Assembly: GCA_028286605.1 (NCBI GenBank)
Contig: JAQBRE010000002.1
Coordinates: forward strand, 60,219 to 124,218
Direction: 5' to 3'
DNA length: 64,000 nt
DNA from: Parcubacteria group bacterium
Lineage (GTDB): Bacteria > Patescibacteriota > Minisyncoccia > Phycocordibacterales > Phycocordibacteraceae
Shown here: positions 1-8,617 of the stretch, piece after piece
Layout: every line of letters begins with the position of its first letter
Numbering within the stretch: the stretch's first letter is position 1
The notes under the pieces: model-generated
Told to the model about the DNA's origin: nothing
What the model saw: the letters and a program-made list of their open reading frames with translations, nothing else
The model's database searches: none
Made by a program: the position numbers and the translations under genes

Positions 1-597
1 GACTCCTTTTCGAACACCAATTAAATAACGACCTAGCTGAATCGCTATTTCAGCTGGCCGAATAGCCAAGACCAAAGTCCAGCCCCCAAGAATGGCAAAC
101 ATCCATCCAAGATTGTTCTGGTAAAAACCGAGAGCACTTATTATCACAACGGGCGTGAATAGCACTTCTCCCTTTCCGAGCACACTGCTCACGCGGTACG
201 CGATTTTACCGATGAGAGTATTTTGCTGGAACACAGCCACAAGCGCCGCAACGGCAACAAATATGGCCACGCAAACAGTCAGAGCATTCAAAAGCACTAA
301 GGCTCCATGGAAACGAACCACACTTGTGAAATCGAGTGGTGCCAGCAAAAGAACAACAGCTATTGCAGTACTTAGTGAGTCTCGAGGCGGAAGGAAGAAA
401 GGCGCAGCAACCAGAACAAGAAGCCAATATGCTGTCGCTGCGAGGAACCAGACACTGGCTCCAGAGCCCGTTGGGATAATTGAACCGGTCGCGAGAAAAA
501 AGAAGATGAGAGCTACGAAAACGTTTATGCCCAATGCTGCCATTCGCCACACTTGAGGCAATGGTTCGATCGGGCCAAGGTTTGAGGTTCCCTTCAT
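1..597 (-). CDS. Polytopic membrane protein, C-terminal part running off the window start (partial)
   Basis: Reverse-strand frame from ATG at 595-597 (MKGTSNLGPIEPLPQVWRMAALGINVFVALIFFFLATG...) stays open to position 1 and is strongly hydrophobic. Track ORFs 155..556(+) and 206..550(-) overlap it in other frames and have implausible composition. Confidence 0.55.
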   Translation of the reverse strand, partial: MKGTSNLGPIEPLPQVWRMAALGINVFVALIFFFLATGSIIPTGSGASVWFLAATAYWLLVLVAAPFFLPPRDSLSTAIAVVLLLAPLDFTSVVRFHGALVLLNALTVCVAIFVAVAALVAVFQQNTLIGKIAYRVSSVLGKGEVLFTPVVIISALGFYQNNLGWMFAILGGWTLVLAIRPAEIAIQLGRYLIGVRKGV

Positions 598-678
598 GAA
601 GGTAAGAGTATCACCGCTTCCGCAGCACGCCAGAGCACATATTTCGCGCATGAACGCTATTTATGAGTAGAGAAAAGC

Positions 679-900
679 GACATGCCTAAAAACTAACGTT
701 TAGCTAGTAAATAGGGCATATATTCTGAAAACAGCATGTCGCACAACGTCTCTTCCTCGCGCGCGAGGATATGGGGCCGAACAGAATCGGACATGGCCAA
801 AACTAAGCAATAGATAATAAATAAGGCACATATCGGAAAAACACCGTGTCTGATTCGGTCTCTTTTACGCGCGTATGGGCAGAAAAGCGGCATTCTGAAC
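679..900. repeat. Diverged tandem duplication, two units of ~111 nt (679-789 and 790-900), each with an internal GC palindrome
   Basis: Both units start gacatgcc.../gacatggcc... and align at roughly 70% identity. Unit A contains CCTCGCGCGCGAGG and unit B contains TACGCGCGTA. Lies between two minus-strand genes. Confidence 0.5.
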
Positions 901-1008
901 CTCGCCAAAAGCGAAGTTGTTCAAAATCAGTTTATACGCTTTAGGTAGGCCATATTGCCCTAAAGGACACTTCGCCTAACTTCGCTTTTCCTCGCGTAAT
1001 GGAAGTTG

Positions 1009-1785
1009 CTACGATCCGAAGCTGCCTACCCATGAACCACCCTCTGGCCGGCTACAGACAACCTCGAGACTGCGCGGAACCTGAGTACCACTAGCGAAGC
1101 GAGTACCGTCAGACTTCGTGAACTGGCCCTCCGGAACGACCATTGAATCCATCGTTGTATCTGTCGTCGTGCTCGTACCCTTGAGGCCTGTGGGCGTGTC
1201 GATAAAGTCGAGATGCGTGGTGTACGTATCATTGAGCTTTAGATCGCAGTCGTTCCATTCGAACGAATTGAGATTCTTGATCGTGATGACGGGACTATCG
1301 CCTTCTTGGCTGTCTCCCATCGCCAGACCCAGTGTGCTGATGTGCACACCGAGGTTCATGTCTTCTTTTGGAGCAGTCGATACGTACGCACCCTTCTCAG
1401 GTGGAGCGGTAGCTACCCATGCGATGACAGCAACGATCAGCAGAACAATAACCACTGCAAAGCGCTGCGTCTGGCTGACAGTACGTCCGATCTTCTTCTC
1501 AAGGAACGGGACGGTTGGCGGCATCAATGCTCCCGCTGCGAGGATGTAGAGAATCCCTGCCAGAGGAGTGGTCGTTAGTGATGTGAACCCTGTAAGGAAA
1601 AGAACGATTGAGATGACCCAAAAGGCCAGCTTCAGAGGGCCCGTGTCGCCCTGGTTTTGCCCCGTGTGGGCTTCTGTGGTGGTAACCATACTCTTGATCG
1701 CGAAGTAGGTGGGTAAGCCTGCCAGAGCCTTTGTGTACGCAAAGATCCCGACAGGGGCATACCGGTTTCCCGATACGGCGATCAA
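1009..1785 (-). CDS. Hypothetical membrane-anchored / secreted protein
   Basis: 258-aa ORF with two hydrophobic segments near the N-terminus and a Thr-rich extracellular tail. No recognisable catalytic motif. Confidence 0.55.
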   Translation of the reverse strand: MIAVSGNRYAPVGIFAYTKALAGLPTYFAIKSMVTTTEAHTGQNQGDTGPLKLAFWVISIVLFLTGFTSLTTTPLAGILYILAAGALMPPTVPFLEKKIGRTVSQTQRFAVVIVLLIVAVIAWVATAPPEKGAYVSTAPKEDMNLGVHISTLGLAMGDSQEGDSPVITIKNLNSFEWNDCDLKLNDTYTTHLDFIDTPTGLKGTSTTTDTTMDSMVVPEGQFTKSDGTRFASGTQVPRSLEVVCSRPEGGSWVGSFGS

Positions 1786-1938
1786 GCGAACCCCCTGCCG
1801 GGGTCTTTACGCTTGATCGACTTCTAGCGCCATGCCAGCGTTTCCGCTGGTTTAGGCTCATATTCAGTTGTCTAAAAAGGTTAGCATCCTATGTGAACCC
1901 TTACCACTCCTTGATGTTTCTTTAGGAAAAAGCATAGA

Positions 1939-2661
1939 ATGCGACTAATGGCCCGCGGCAGACAATATGAAGGGGTGGTTGTGCTGCAAAGACTCCTCGA
2001 GCAGCGCCTTAACGATTCAAATCATCAAGCGCTCTATTTATCCTATGAGGATCTGGCAAACTTTAGCCCTCTTTTAAAAGAGCCAATGGGAGTGGAGAAG
2101 TTTTTTGAGGTCATACAGAACGAGACCAACAAAAATATCACCTACAAAATAAAGATTCTACGGAAAGCCCTGCCCCACAGAGCCGGTAATGAAGCTGTAT
2201 ACCCTCCCCTTTCTGATCCGTCACCTGTCGGCATAGACGTGCACGTCTCAGATCTGCAGATGCTAAAGAATTATTTTGAGTGCGCGCGTTCAAAAGATGG
2301 CGCTGGAAAATCTGCTTTGAACAAAATTATGTCGATTGATATCGTGCCACGCGTGGAAGACTCAAAAGCTGTGATCGTTATAAATGGGAAACCCAACAAA
2401 GATCCTTTGATTATAAATATGGATGGGAAACTATGGAGTAGCTTGATTGAAGTAGCTCAGAGGGGTAGTGCGAATCCCGAAGATGTAAAAGACGTGTCAG
2501 ATTATTTCAATAAAAATAAGAAGTGTCCTATCTACAAAGAGGGGTACGAGCTAAGTGAAATCCTTGTGCCCGATCACGGCACCTTGCGCGCAGGACCAGG
2601 AGTAAAACTTTCAATGCGTACGAAGAAGTATTTGTCTCAGAGAAGAAATAATGTAGCTTAA
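1939..2661 (+). CDS. Hypothetical protein (island cargo)
   Basis: 240-aa ORF in the AT-rich block with no recognisable motif. A weak hairpin plus T-run follows at ~2700-2730. Confidence 0.5.
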   Translation: MRLMARGRQYEGVVVLQRLLEQRLNDSNHQALYLSYEDLANFSPLLKEPMGVEKFFEVIQNETNKNITYKIKILRKALPHRAGNEAVYPPLSDPSPVGIDVHVSDLQMLKNYFECARSKDGAGKSALNKIMSIDIVPRVEDSKAVIVINGKPNKDPLIINMDGKLWSSLIEVAQRGSANPEDVKDVSDYFNKNKKCPIYKEGYELSEILVPDHGTLRAGPGVKLSMRTKKYLSQRRNNVA

Positions 2662-3158
2662 AAAAGCTTAAAAGTGGATAACCATTTGGAGGAACGAAAT
2701 CACCTATAGAAAGTGGGTGGTTTTTTATTTCATAGAAACGTGATTAAGCCTTCTTCACTTGGAAGCATGGGTGAATGGCACCTGTCGAGACATCCGAGAA
2801 AGCTTCCCAAAAAGCAGTCGATCTGTTTCTCGACCGCCTAGTAGAAATCTTGCTCATGCAGGTTGAGCAAGATTCAGAAACACAAGCAGAGGTAGTCAGC
2901 GGATCCTCTAAATAAAATTGGCTGCAACTTATTGGTGGGTAGATATCAGTCCTCGCTCTGGGTGAACACTTCCCAACGAGGCACCTTATCTGCCCGTCAG
3001 TAAAACGAATGGAGCACTCTTTATCAGACAAAGATTCAGGAAACAAAGGGACCTGACTGATTGAAAGAGCATCTAGCTTGTGTACTCATATTGTTGGTTA
3101 TTTAGATTTCCAGTGCCCATAAGGGAAATAAAAGTGCAGATAAGAATTGTAAACAATT

Positions 3159-3371
3159 ATGAAAAAACGAAAGAAGACACTGCAAGAAATTGCTACACGC
3201 GAATTGAAAAAGAGTTCGCAGCGTTTCAAGCCTAAGAGAAAAACTATTCTGGTGCGCATTCAGTCTAAATGGCGCCGACACCTTAAGGAGAGAGCACGGG
3301 CCAGAAGCCTGACACTCTCGAAGCTCCATGACGAAATATATCCTCATTACTTCAAGTGTGAGCGTTATTGA
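3159..3371 (+). CDS. Small basic protein (K/R-rich, 70 aa) immediately upstream of the recombinase; possible DNA-binding accessory factor
   Basis: MKKRKKTLQEIATRELKK...; its stop is next to the recombinase gene. Preferred over the overlapping minus-strand ORFs, which are Cys-rich and low-complexity. Confidence 0.35.
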   Translation: MKKRKKTLQEIATRELKKSSQRFKPKRKTILVRIQSKWRRHLKERARARSLTLSKLHDEIYPHYFKCERY

Positions 3372-3502
3372 ATCCAGATGTAAGAAGTAGTCAAAGTTAT
3401 CCCCTACTCGCTCTGCGGCACCCTGAATTAAGGGTTGCACAGGGGCACTTCTTGTCGCTATCGAGAGTAATTAGCTTGATAATTAGTTATATAAACCATC
3501 TT

Positions 3503-5107
3503 ATGAAAACAGCACTTATTTACTGTCGCGTGAGTACCGATGAGCAAGCCGAGAGCGATCATTATTCGCTTGGGACACAGCTGGAGCTTTGCGAGCGCGC
3601 CATAGAGACTCACAATGATTACCGTCTCGCTGACGAAGGGAAATACGAAGACCCAGGACGAAGTGCCACTAACATGAGCAGGCCAGGCCTGCAGGATTTA
3701 CTTCTGCGCGTACAAGAAGATAAAAAAGTAGGAGCAGTCTTCGTGCAGGACACTGACAGATTGGCGCGCAACGTGAATGATCACATGATAATTAAGGCGC
3801 TTCTGAAGAAGCATGGGGTGGAACTAATCTCCGTATCACAACCAGGGCTTGAAGACACTGCCGAGGGCAACTTAATGGATGTAGTCATCGCTGGCATTAA
3901 TCAGTTTCAATCACAGATAACTGCGCGAAAGACGATGAAGAGCCTTGAGCAGAAGTTCCGTGACGGAGGCTGGCCAACGCGCGCAGCACCTGGATACCTT
4001 AACGTTGAAGGAACAGGTGGTGAAAAGCATCGCGTTGTTGTACTTGATCCAGAGCGTGCGCACTTCATTACAGAAGCCTTCAAGATGTACGCGACTGGCG
4101 ATTACTCCGTTATAGCCGTTAGGGACGCGATCACGAAGCAAGGATTTAGAACCCGCACGGGTAAACATCTTGCCCATAGCAAGATGACGACCTTACTGCA
4201 AAACCATTTCTACTACGGAGAAATGCGTTGGCGTGGACTCGTGGGGCCGGGTAAGCATGAACCACTTATCGACCGTGACACGTTCGACCGCTGCCAACTT
4301 GTTGCGAAGCAGCACCGAGGCAACAGGTGCAAGCGAGGTAAGTTCAACTTTATACTTCGCGGCTTCGTGTCGTGCGGCCTGTGCGGTTACCGCTATACAG
4401 CGGAACATCACCCCAAGAAGGACAAGTCTTACTACCATTGCAGTCATTATGGTAATCGAAAAGAAGCAGGTGATGCGGGGAAATGTGCAGACCGCTACGT
4501 GGAAATAGGCGATCTCGAAGGACAGGTGCAAGCTCACTTCGATAGGATTCAGTTTTCAGAAGAGTTTGTGAGCAAGATTGAATCAAGACTCCAGCATGTT
4601 TACAAGGCAAAGCGTGATTCGGTAAGCCAAAATAAGAAGCGCCTTCAAAAGAGCAAGGAAGCATTACAAGACAAGCTCGGAGTTGCCGAAGAGAAACTGA
4701 TTACAGGCGTGCTAGATGACCAGGGCTTTACTCGCCTCAAAGCCCGCTACCGCGAACAAATAGAGGGAATAGAAGACGAGCTGTTCAGACTAGATCGTTC
4801 CAAGAACATCAAAGTAGATGTAATTCAGCAAGTACTGGCACTGGTGCGCGATATAGGCACGACCTACAAGAAGGCACCGCCCGAACTACAACGTCTCTAC
4901 CTAGGCCTATTCTGGGAGGGTTTTGTAGCGCAGAACCGTCTCATCACTAAAGCTAGCAAGTCCCCTATCGTAGAGGCTGTGGAGGCCGTAGGAGCGATAT
5001 CTTATCGCGTCCTACGAAGCGCACCAGCAGAGCTGGAAACAGAAGTAGGAACCGAAGTTATATTAAGCACCGTTAGGGGCGGCCACCGGGAATCGAACCC
5101 GAATTGA
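3503..5107 (+). CDS. Large serine recombinase (resolvase/invertase-type catalytic domain, recombinase domain, zinc-ribbon)
   Basis: Start taken at MKTALIYCRVSTDEQ (catalytic Ser motif) rather than the TTG at 3368. A Cys/His cluster (CGLCGYRY...HHPKKDKSYYHCSHY) is typical of large serine recombinases. The C-terminus ...RGGHRESNPN is encoded by tRNA-His sequence. Confidence 0.9.
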   Translation: MKTALIYCRVSTDEQAESDHYSLGTQLELCERAIETHNDYRLADEGKYEDPGRSATNMSRPGLQDLLLRVQEDKKVGAVFVQDTDRLARNVNDHMIIKALLKKHGVELISVSQPGLEDTAEGNLMDVVIAGINQFQSQITARKTMKSLEQKFRDGGWPTRAAPGYLNVEGTGGEKHRVVVLDPERAHFITEAFKMYATGDYSVIAVRDAITKQGFRTRTGKHLAHSKMTTLLQNHFYYGEMRWRGLVGPGKHEPLIDRDTFDRCQLVAKQHRGNRCKRGKFNFILRGFVSCGLCGYRYTAEHHPKKDKSYYHCSHYGNRKEAGDAGKCADRYVEIGDLEGQVQAHFDRIQFSEEFVSKIESRLQHVYKAKRDSVSQNKKRLQKSKEALQDKLGVAEEKLITGVLDDQGFTRLKARYREQIEGIEDELFRLDRSKNIKVDVIQQVLALVRDIGTTYKKAPPELQRLYLGLFWEGFVAQNRLITKASKSPIVEAVEAVGAISYRVLRSAPAELETEVGTEVILSTVRGGHRESNPN

Positions 5108-5150
5108 CAGAACCACAATCTGTAGTGTTAACCGTTACACCATGGCCGCC
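5077..5150 (-). tRNA. tRNA-His (GTG) with G-1:C73
   Basis: Reverse complement folds as a cloverleaf with a 7-bp acceptor stem, anticodon loop TTGTGGT and T-loop TTCGATT. The extra 5' G pairs with C73, as is diagnostic for tRNA-His. Confidence 0.9.
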
Positions 5151-5203
5151 ATGCAACGCACTGATATCCGTATCATGCGCACGTACGCACCATATAGATA
5201 TCT

Positions 5204-5287
5204 GGTGCCCGAGAGAGGACTTGAACCTCCACGCCTTGCGGCACATCCACCTCAAGGATGCTTGTCTACCAATTTCAACACCCGGGC
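5204..5287 (-). tRNA. tRNA-Leu (GAG), long variable arm, CCA encoded
   Basis: Acceptor GCCCGGG/CTCGGGC, anticodon loop TTGAGGT, variable arm tgccgcaaggcg, T-arm gaggttcaagtcctc, 3' ACCA. Confidence 0.85.
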
Positions 5288-5331
5288 AGGTGACCCTTGC
5301 GGGATTTTTCCACTATACGGAATCTGAGAGC

Positions 5332-5369
5332 AAAAAGAAAGGGCCGCTCGAAGAGCGGCCCTTTCTTTT
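5332..5369. terminator. Bidirectional rho-independent terminator (serves rplS on the minus strand)
   Basis: aaaaagaaaGGGCCGCTCgaaGAGCGGCCCtttctttt: a 9-bp GC stem flanked by A-run and T-run. Confidence 0.7.
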
Positions 5370-5384
5370 ATCAAACTGCGCAGC

Positions 5385-5948
5385 TTATTCTGCTGCCGCT
5401 TCTGCCGGAGCTTCCTCCGTAACCTCGACGGTCTCTACTTCTGCAGCCTCTGGCTCGCCAGCGACTTCTTCTGCAAGAGCCACCTCCTCACCTGCGGGGT
5501 TCTGGATAGGATCCTTTTCCATGACCTCCTCCACCGCGACTTCCTCGGCCACGACAGGCTCTTCCTTGAAGTCGTCCGTAGACATCTTCACCATGCGCAT
5601 GTTGCGAAGCTGGCGACGTACTTCACGGGCAACCTTCTCGCGGATGAAGTAGAGCTTCGCGCGGCGGACCTTCGAACGGCGGACGATCTCGATCTTCGAG
5701 ATGAACGGGGCGAATAGTGGGAAAATACGCTCAACGCCGACACCCGACATAGTCGCACGAACGGTGAAGGTAGCGCCTGCTTCCGTGCCGTGCTTAACCG
5801 CGATAACGAGGCCTTCGAAGACCTGCGTACGGCTCTTGCCCTTCTCGACGATGTTCTGGTGCACGCGGACCGTATCGCCTGGGCGGATGCCAAGACCGGT
5901 ACGTTCAGCGGTTTTTACCGGGGTTATAACAGAATTCATAGTAGGCAA
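5385..5948 (-). CDS. rplS: 50S ribosomal protein L19 with an acidic C-terminal extension
   Basis: Core ...[32 protein letters not shown]...TFTVR...GVERIFPL...[11 protein letters not shown] matches the L19 signature. The tail is E/A-rich. Confidence 0.9.
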   Translation of the reverse strand: MPTMNSVITPVKTAERTGLGIRPGDTVRVHQNIVEKGKSRTQVFEGLVIAVKHGTEAGATFTVRATMSGVGVERIFPLFAPFISKIEIVRRSKVRRAKLYFIREKVAREVRRQLRNMRMVKMSTDDFKEEPVVAEEVAVEEVMEKDPIQNPAGEEVALAEEVAGEPEAAEVETVEVTEEAPAEAAAE

Positions 5949-5997
5949 AATCTAACACACGCCTTATATAAAAGCAAAATAGGCCTCTTCAGGAATC

Positions 5998-6729
5998 CTA
6001 TATAAGCCCTTCAGTATTAGGGAATTTAGCTACTGCGGCCTTGAAGACTTCAGGAATCGGTGAGGTCAGGGTGATGCGTTCGCCAGAAGGCAGCGGAAGG
6101 TCTAGCTGGTAGGCATGGAGACCAAGACGCTTGAAGCCGAGGTCACAGGGATGATTCGGCGAATAGAGCGGATCGCAGACTATGGGGTGATGAATCGCCT
6201 TAAGATGCACGCGAATCTGATGCGTGCGGCCGGTCTCTGGCATCATCTTTACGAGGCTGTGGGTACCGATATCGCCGACCACTTCGTAATTCGTAATCGC
6301 TTCGCGCAGCATGCCTTTGGCACCGCGCTGTGCGGAACGCAAGCGGAAATCAGTGCGCGAACGCCCTATAGCAAGATTAATCACTCCCTTCTCCTCCTTA
6401 AGCACGCCGTACACGAAAGCGAGGTAGGTCTTGTTCACGGTGTGTTCCTGGAATGCGAGCTTAAGGAACGCGTGCGCTTCAGGCGTCTTGGCGAGTATGA
6501 GCACGCCGGAGGTGTCGCGATCGAGACGATGCACGATGCCGGGGCGCATGATTTCAGAGCCATCACGCATGCGCTGCGTCTCCCCCACTTCTTTCGAAGC
6601 GGGATATTTCACAGCGAACCAGTCGCTGACGGTCTCCTCTTTCGAGTGACCATCCGGGTGCGCCATGACGCCGATAGGCTTATCTATGGCCACGAGGTTC
6701 GCATCTTCATATAAGATAGGAAAATCCAT
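5998..6729 (-). CDS. RluA-family 23S rRNA/tRNA pseudouridine synthase (no S4 domain)
   Basis: HRLDRDTSGVLILAKT catalytic-aspartate motif and overall RluA-family layout. Confidence 0.85.
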   Translation of the reverse strand: MDFPILYEDANLVAIDKPIGVMAHPDGHSKEETVSDWFAVKYPASKEVGETQRMRDGSEIMRPGIVHRLDRDTSGVLILAKTPEAHAFLKLAFQEHTVNKTYLAFVYGVLKEEKGVINLAIGRSRTDFRLRSAQRGAKGMLREAITNYEVVGDIGTHSLVKMMPETGRTHQIRVHLKAIHHPIVCDPLYSPNHPCDLGFKRLGLHAYQLDLPLPSGERITLTSPIPEVFKAAVAKFPNTEGLI

Positions 6730-6791
6730 ACCGGCAGCCTAGCATATATGGCCTTTTCTCGGGTATAAAAATGAGGTATGGTATCCAGTAC

Positions 6792-6864
6792 GGGCGATTA
6801 GCTCAGTTGGTAGAGCGCTTCATTTACACTGAAGATGTCGGGGGTTCGAGCCCTCCATCGCCCA
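6792..6864 (+). tRNA. tRNA-Val (TAC)
   Basis: GGGCGATTAGCTCAGTTGGTAGAGC... anticodon loop TTTACAC, T-loop GGTTCGAGCCC. Confidence 0.9.
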
Positions 6865-6870
6865 CAAATG

Positions 6871-6900
6871 AAAAAACCGCAGCGGGGCTGCGGTTTTTTC
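6871..6900. terminator. Rho-independent terminator after tRNA-Val
   Basis: aaaaaaCCGCAGCggggCTGCGGttttttc. Confidence 0.65.
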
Positions 6901-6929
6901 ATTTGTGCACTTCCACGTATTTCTATCTG

Positions 6930-7011
6930 TGCCGTGGGAGGGACTCGAACCCTCAACCCTTGCAGGATACGCTTCTGAGGCGTACGCGTATACCAATTCC
7001 GCCACCACGGC
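6930..7011 (-). tRNA. tRNA-Leu (CAG), long variable arm
   Basis: Reverse complement GCCGTGGTGGCGGAATTGGTA...TACGCCTCAGAAGCGTA... anticodon loop CTCAGAA, long variable arm, T-arm GGGTTCGAGTCCC. Confidence 0.8.
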
Positions 7012-7027
7012 ATATGCATCATTCTTG

Positions 7028-7099
7028 TGTCCCCACCAGGAATCGAACCTAGATCTACGGCTTAGAAGTCCGCAGCTTTATCCATTAAGCTATGGGGAC
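7028..7099 (-). tRNA. tRNA-Arg (TCT)
   Basis: Reverse complement GTCCCCATAGCTTAATGGATAAAGC...CTTCTAA...GGTTCGATTCCTGGTGGGGACA. The anticodon stem has one A-G mismatch. Confidence 0.75.
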
Positions 7100-7108
7100 T
7101 TCTAAACA

Positions 7109-7489
7109 CTAGCTCGCGGGTGCAGCAGGGTCAACGACGCGTGTCGTCGTGCTTGTAGGAATGCTCGCAGGTGTTGCAACCGGTACTGTGGGATTCGACG
7201 GATCGACGAAGTGCGAATTCTTATAGTTTGTTTCGGTAGCGGCACGACTCTGGAAGAGCGTGTTCACTGAATCGATCGATGCAGGGTTGAGCGATTGCTG
7301 CACCGTTGCGGTGCCGATCGCGTCGCCATTCGTAACGCGCAGGAACAGCCAGACATTCCATCCGATGCTTGCGATAAGGAGTACAGTCGCGATAGCAACG
7401 AGCATGAGCCAGTCGCGCGATGGATTCAGCCGATCGCCATACCGGAATGGATTCGATGCGCTTTTAAATTTTGGGAGGGAGAGATTCAT
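7109..7489 (-). CDS. Membrane-anchored protein, last gene of the pilM/N/O-like operon (possible pilus-assembly accessory protein)
   Basis: Start set at MNLSLPKFK... (ATG 7487-7489, overlapping the stop of the upstream gene). Single TM then an extracytoplasmic Thr/Pro-rich tail. Confidence 0.45.
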   Translation of the reverse strand: MNLSLPKFKSASNPFRYGDRLNPSRDWLMLVAIATVLLIASIGWNVWLFLRVTNGDAIGTATVQQSLNPASIDSVNTLFQSRAATETNYKNSHFVDPSNPTVPVATPASIPTSTTTRVVDPAAPAS

Positions 7490-7490
7490 A

Positions 7491-8060
7491 TTATTGGGTA
7501 GGGTCTGCTGCGGGCGCGGGTGCCGGGGCGACATGCGGCGTGCTGCTTGCAGGGCCAGTGCCCACACTGAAGGATGCCGCCACAGACCAGTTCCCTGGCG
7601 AAGCTGTATCGAGCGAAAGATTCTTAAGCTTTATATCGTAGGGCGCGTATTCGAGCGCACCAAGGGTGCGCTCTACTGAATCGAACGTACCGGAAATAGT
7701 AACGGAGAGGTTCAGATGACTCTGACCGGCAGTAGGCGCACTGTCTGCACCAACAGAAACAACATCTACCTTTGAACCGAGGGCTGCACCCGTTGCGGTT
7801 AGGCTGCCAAGAAATGGAACGACATCGTTCGCAGAAATGAAGTGTGATGAAACAGATGATTCATCATCTGAGAGTGCGGCGAGTGCGGCTTTCGCCTCAG
7901 CGATACGCGACGCATCCTGACTCTTGGTCTCAATTTCCCCGGCAATCGAACGGGCTTTCGCATTCTCTGTATCGACCATCACGAACCATACGCCGTAGGC
8001 TGCAACCACAATGACAAGCGCGATACCTGCGAACATAAGATGGATCAAGGGTTTTTTCAT
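7491..8060 (-). CDS. Type IV pilus assembly protein PilO-like
   Basis: N-terminal TM (LIHLMFAGIALVIVVAAYGVWFV), a coiled region, then a periplasmic domain. Position and size fit PilO in a pilM-N-O arrangement. Confidence 0.55.
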   Translation of the reverse strand: MKKPLIHLMFAGIALVIVVAAYGVWFVMVDTENAKARSIAGEIETKSQDASRIAEAKAALAALSDDESSVSSHFISANDVVPFLGSLTATGAALGSKVDVVSVGADSAPTAGQSHLNLSVTISGTFDSVERTLGALEYAPYDIKLKNLSLDTASPGNWSVAASFSVGTGPASSTPHVAPAPAPAADPTQ

Positions 8061-8617
8061 GGTCGTAAAGAGCCCGTCAGAGTGATGGTGAACGGGATGT
8101 TGCTGTCTTTCGCATATGCGCTGATGGGAAGATCAGCATTCGTAACGAACGGAAGCGCACCAAGCGCGAGCGCATACGCACGAAGGGTGTCGCGCGTTGC
8201 TGCCATGCCCGAGATGCCCATGGTTCCTTGTTTGCCAGGGGTTGCAGGCGTGAAGGTGAATCCGCTGAGCGTTATGCCGGTGCGCGGTGCGGCAAGCATC
8301 GCACGAAGAACGGCACTCGCGGTTGTCGTAGTCGCAAGCGTATTCAAATAGGCAACATTCGTTGAAAGCTGGCCGAGGCGCTTTCGCACCTGCGCTTCTT
8401 CAGACGTATTCAGGCTCGCATTCAGGGTCGCGAGCTGTGCCGACTCCCTTTTCACTTCACTATGCGCAAAGATGTAGCTCGGCAGCAGCAGCAAGCCGTG
8501 AAGTACGACGAGACCCGCAAGCATCCCGCAGCCGAGCGCAGCGACGCGCAAGAAATAGCCGCGTCTGAACGCATTGATATTCGAACGTGGCAAAAGATTA
8601 GTGAGTTCAGGAAACAT
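8057..8617 (-). CDS. Type IV pilus assembly protein PilN-like
   Basis: Start set at MFPELTNLLPRSNINAFRR (the INLLP-type PilN N-terminus), followed by a TM segment. Overlaps the pilM stop. Confidence 0.6.
   Translation of the reverse strand: MFPELTNLLPRSNINAFRRGYFLRVAALGCGMLAGLVVLHGLLLLPSYIFAHSEVKRESAQLATLNASLNTSEEAQVRKRLGQLSTNVAYLNTLATTTTASAVLRAMLAAPRTGITLSGFTFTPATPGKQGTMGISGMAATRDTLRAYALALGALPFVTNADLPISAYAKDSNIPFTITLTGSLRP

Larger units (their letters stand above)
1860..5150. mobile_element. Candidate small integrative element or remnant: low-GC cargo plus a large serine recombinase abutting and overlapping tRNA-His
   Basis: 1939-3500 is visibly more AT-rich than the flanks. It carries an unknown 240-aa protein, a small basic protein, and a large serine recombinase whose last ~10 codons are encoded within the 3' half of tRNA-His on the opposite strand. 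The left boundary is approximate and no direct repeat was located by eye. Confidence 0.45.

Noticed and set aside
155-556. Track ORFs 155..556(+) and 206..550(-)
   Set aside because: Both have implausible composition (Arg/Cys/Thr-rich). A third, reverse-strand frame starting at 597 encodes a clean polytopic membrane protein covering the same DNA.
1780-3130. Search for an att-type direct repeat of the tRNA-His 3' end marking the island's far boundary
   Set aside because: No convincing second copy could be found by eye. Large serine recombinases need only a 2-bp crossover, so the boundary is left approximate rather than asserted.
2744-3440. Minus-strand ORFs 2744..3046 and 3102..3440 in the island
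   Set aside because: Cys-rich and low-complexity with no start context. The plus-strand small basic ORF 3159..3371, abutting the recombinase, is the more coherent reading. The region may be mostly non-coding.
5104-5652. 182-aa plus-strand ORF across tRNA-His/tRNA-Leu and antisense to rplS
   Set aside because: It overlaps two tRNAs and the well-supported L19 gene, and its Ser/Thr/Ala-rich composition is a mirror-frame artefact.
6771-7105. Four short ORFs in the tRNA-Val/Leu/Arg cluster
   Set aside because: Entirely explained by three tRNA genes and a terminator.
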